Source: Trichosphaerium sp. ATCC 40318
Taxonomy: Eukaryota; Protista; Tubulinea
Length of the DNA: 64,000 bases
Reading direction: 5' to 3'
Assembly (NCBI GenBank): GCA_038496445.1
Contig: JALMLS010000166.1
Location: 1-64,000, forward strand
The notes under the pieces were generated by a model, which worked only from the letters and a program-made list of their open reading frames with translations, was not told the DNA's origin and did no database searches. A program made the position numbers and the translations under genes. Shown here one piece after another: positions 63,384 through 64,000 of the stretch; within the stretch, counting starts at the first letter, position 1; every line of letters starts with the position of its first letter.

Positions 63384-64000
63384 ATTGCGTACAACGTTTT
63401 TTAAAACAATAAATCTTAAAGGTCAACAAGTTTCCTGTTTGATTCTCCACGTGACTTGTAGTTAGTGTAGTACTAATATCAATAACCGGGATTGCTTCTG
63501 ATACAAGCAAGACATTCAAGACAAAGCCATCAGACAACTAAGAATTCGATCTTGTGAGTTCTTGACTATACTTCCAAATATCACAATCTGTTATTCTTAT
63601 CAAAGCTCTACTCACTTTCTGCCATGTTTTAGTTACAATATCTTGCACCTCGCCTGAATACACACTAATGCCCTTCCGTTACTCATGAATACTACGTATA
63701 TTCAAATACAGCCAGTGTTCATGAGTTAAAAAATTCATTCATTACTATTCATACTATTTGCCTGACAGTAAACGGTCAAGAAGTTTGCGCGTTGACGGAT
63801 TGACTTACGCCCACAAATACCACACATACAACTTTGATAGCGTTCGTGGGTTGTTATTAAAAAACCATCATTGGTACTTTGCTAAGGTAGACAATCTGGC
63901 AATACTACACACATAAAGTGCTGCCAGTAGGTTTATATTGTGTTTTACACATGTGACAAATATCGCTTTTTTTGGCCGCCAAAGTAAACTGTCAAGATTT

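Overview
AT-rich, gene-dense eukaryotic DNA with many short spliceosomal introns (mostly 40-110 nt, GTACGT/GTAAGT donors, CTAAC-type branch sites). The gene content suggests a free-living amoeboid protist, probably an amoebozoan (inference). The ORF track fragments most genes, so exon structures were rebuilt by eye and boundaries are approximate. Recognisable genes: TPR co-chaperone, ankyrin protein, RalGAP-alpha, DHHC palmitoyltransferase, ZFAND1-like, a vWA/Cys-rich integrin-beta-like receptor, two F-box/LRR genes, a repeat protein with a RAP/Vsr-like nuclease domain, a JmjC hydroxylase, Sec24, CWC21, a small EF-hand protein and a secreted His-brace candidate. There are also several pseudogenes, two non-autonomous TIR elements and a MULE transposase. 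Top finding: a 76-codon gene missed by the ORF track (40139-40369). It has an in-frame TGA at the Cys position of a CxxC..WxG[C/U]GxH..CTC motif and a canonical type II SECIS hairpin in its 3' UTR (40408-40489), making it a candidate selenoprotein from a family I do not recognise as Sec-containing. Also notable: an F-box fused to an atypical Rac-like GTPase with CAAX, a MULE transposase probably ending in a Tudor domain split by a MITE, and a duplicated two-hairpin element with compensatory changes.
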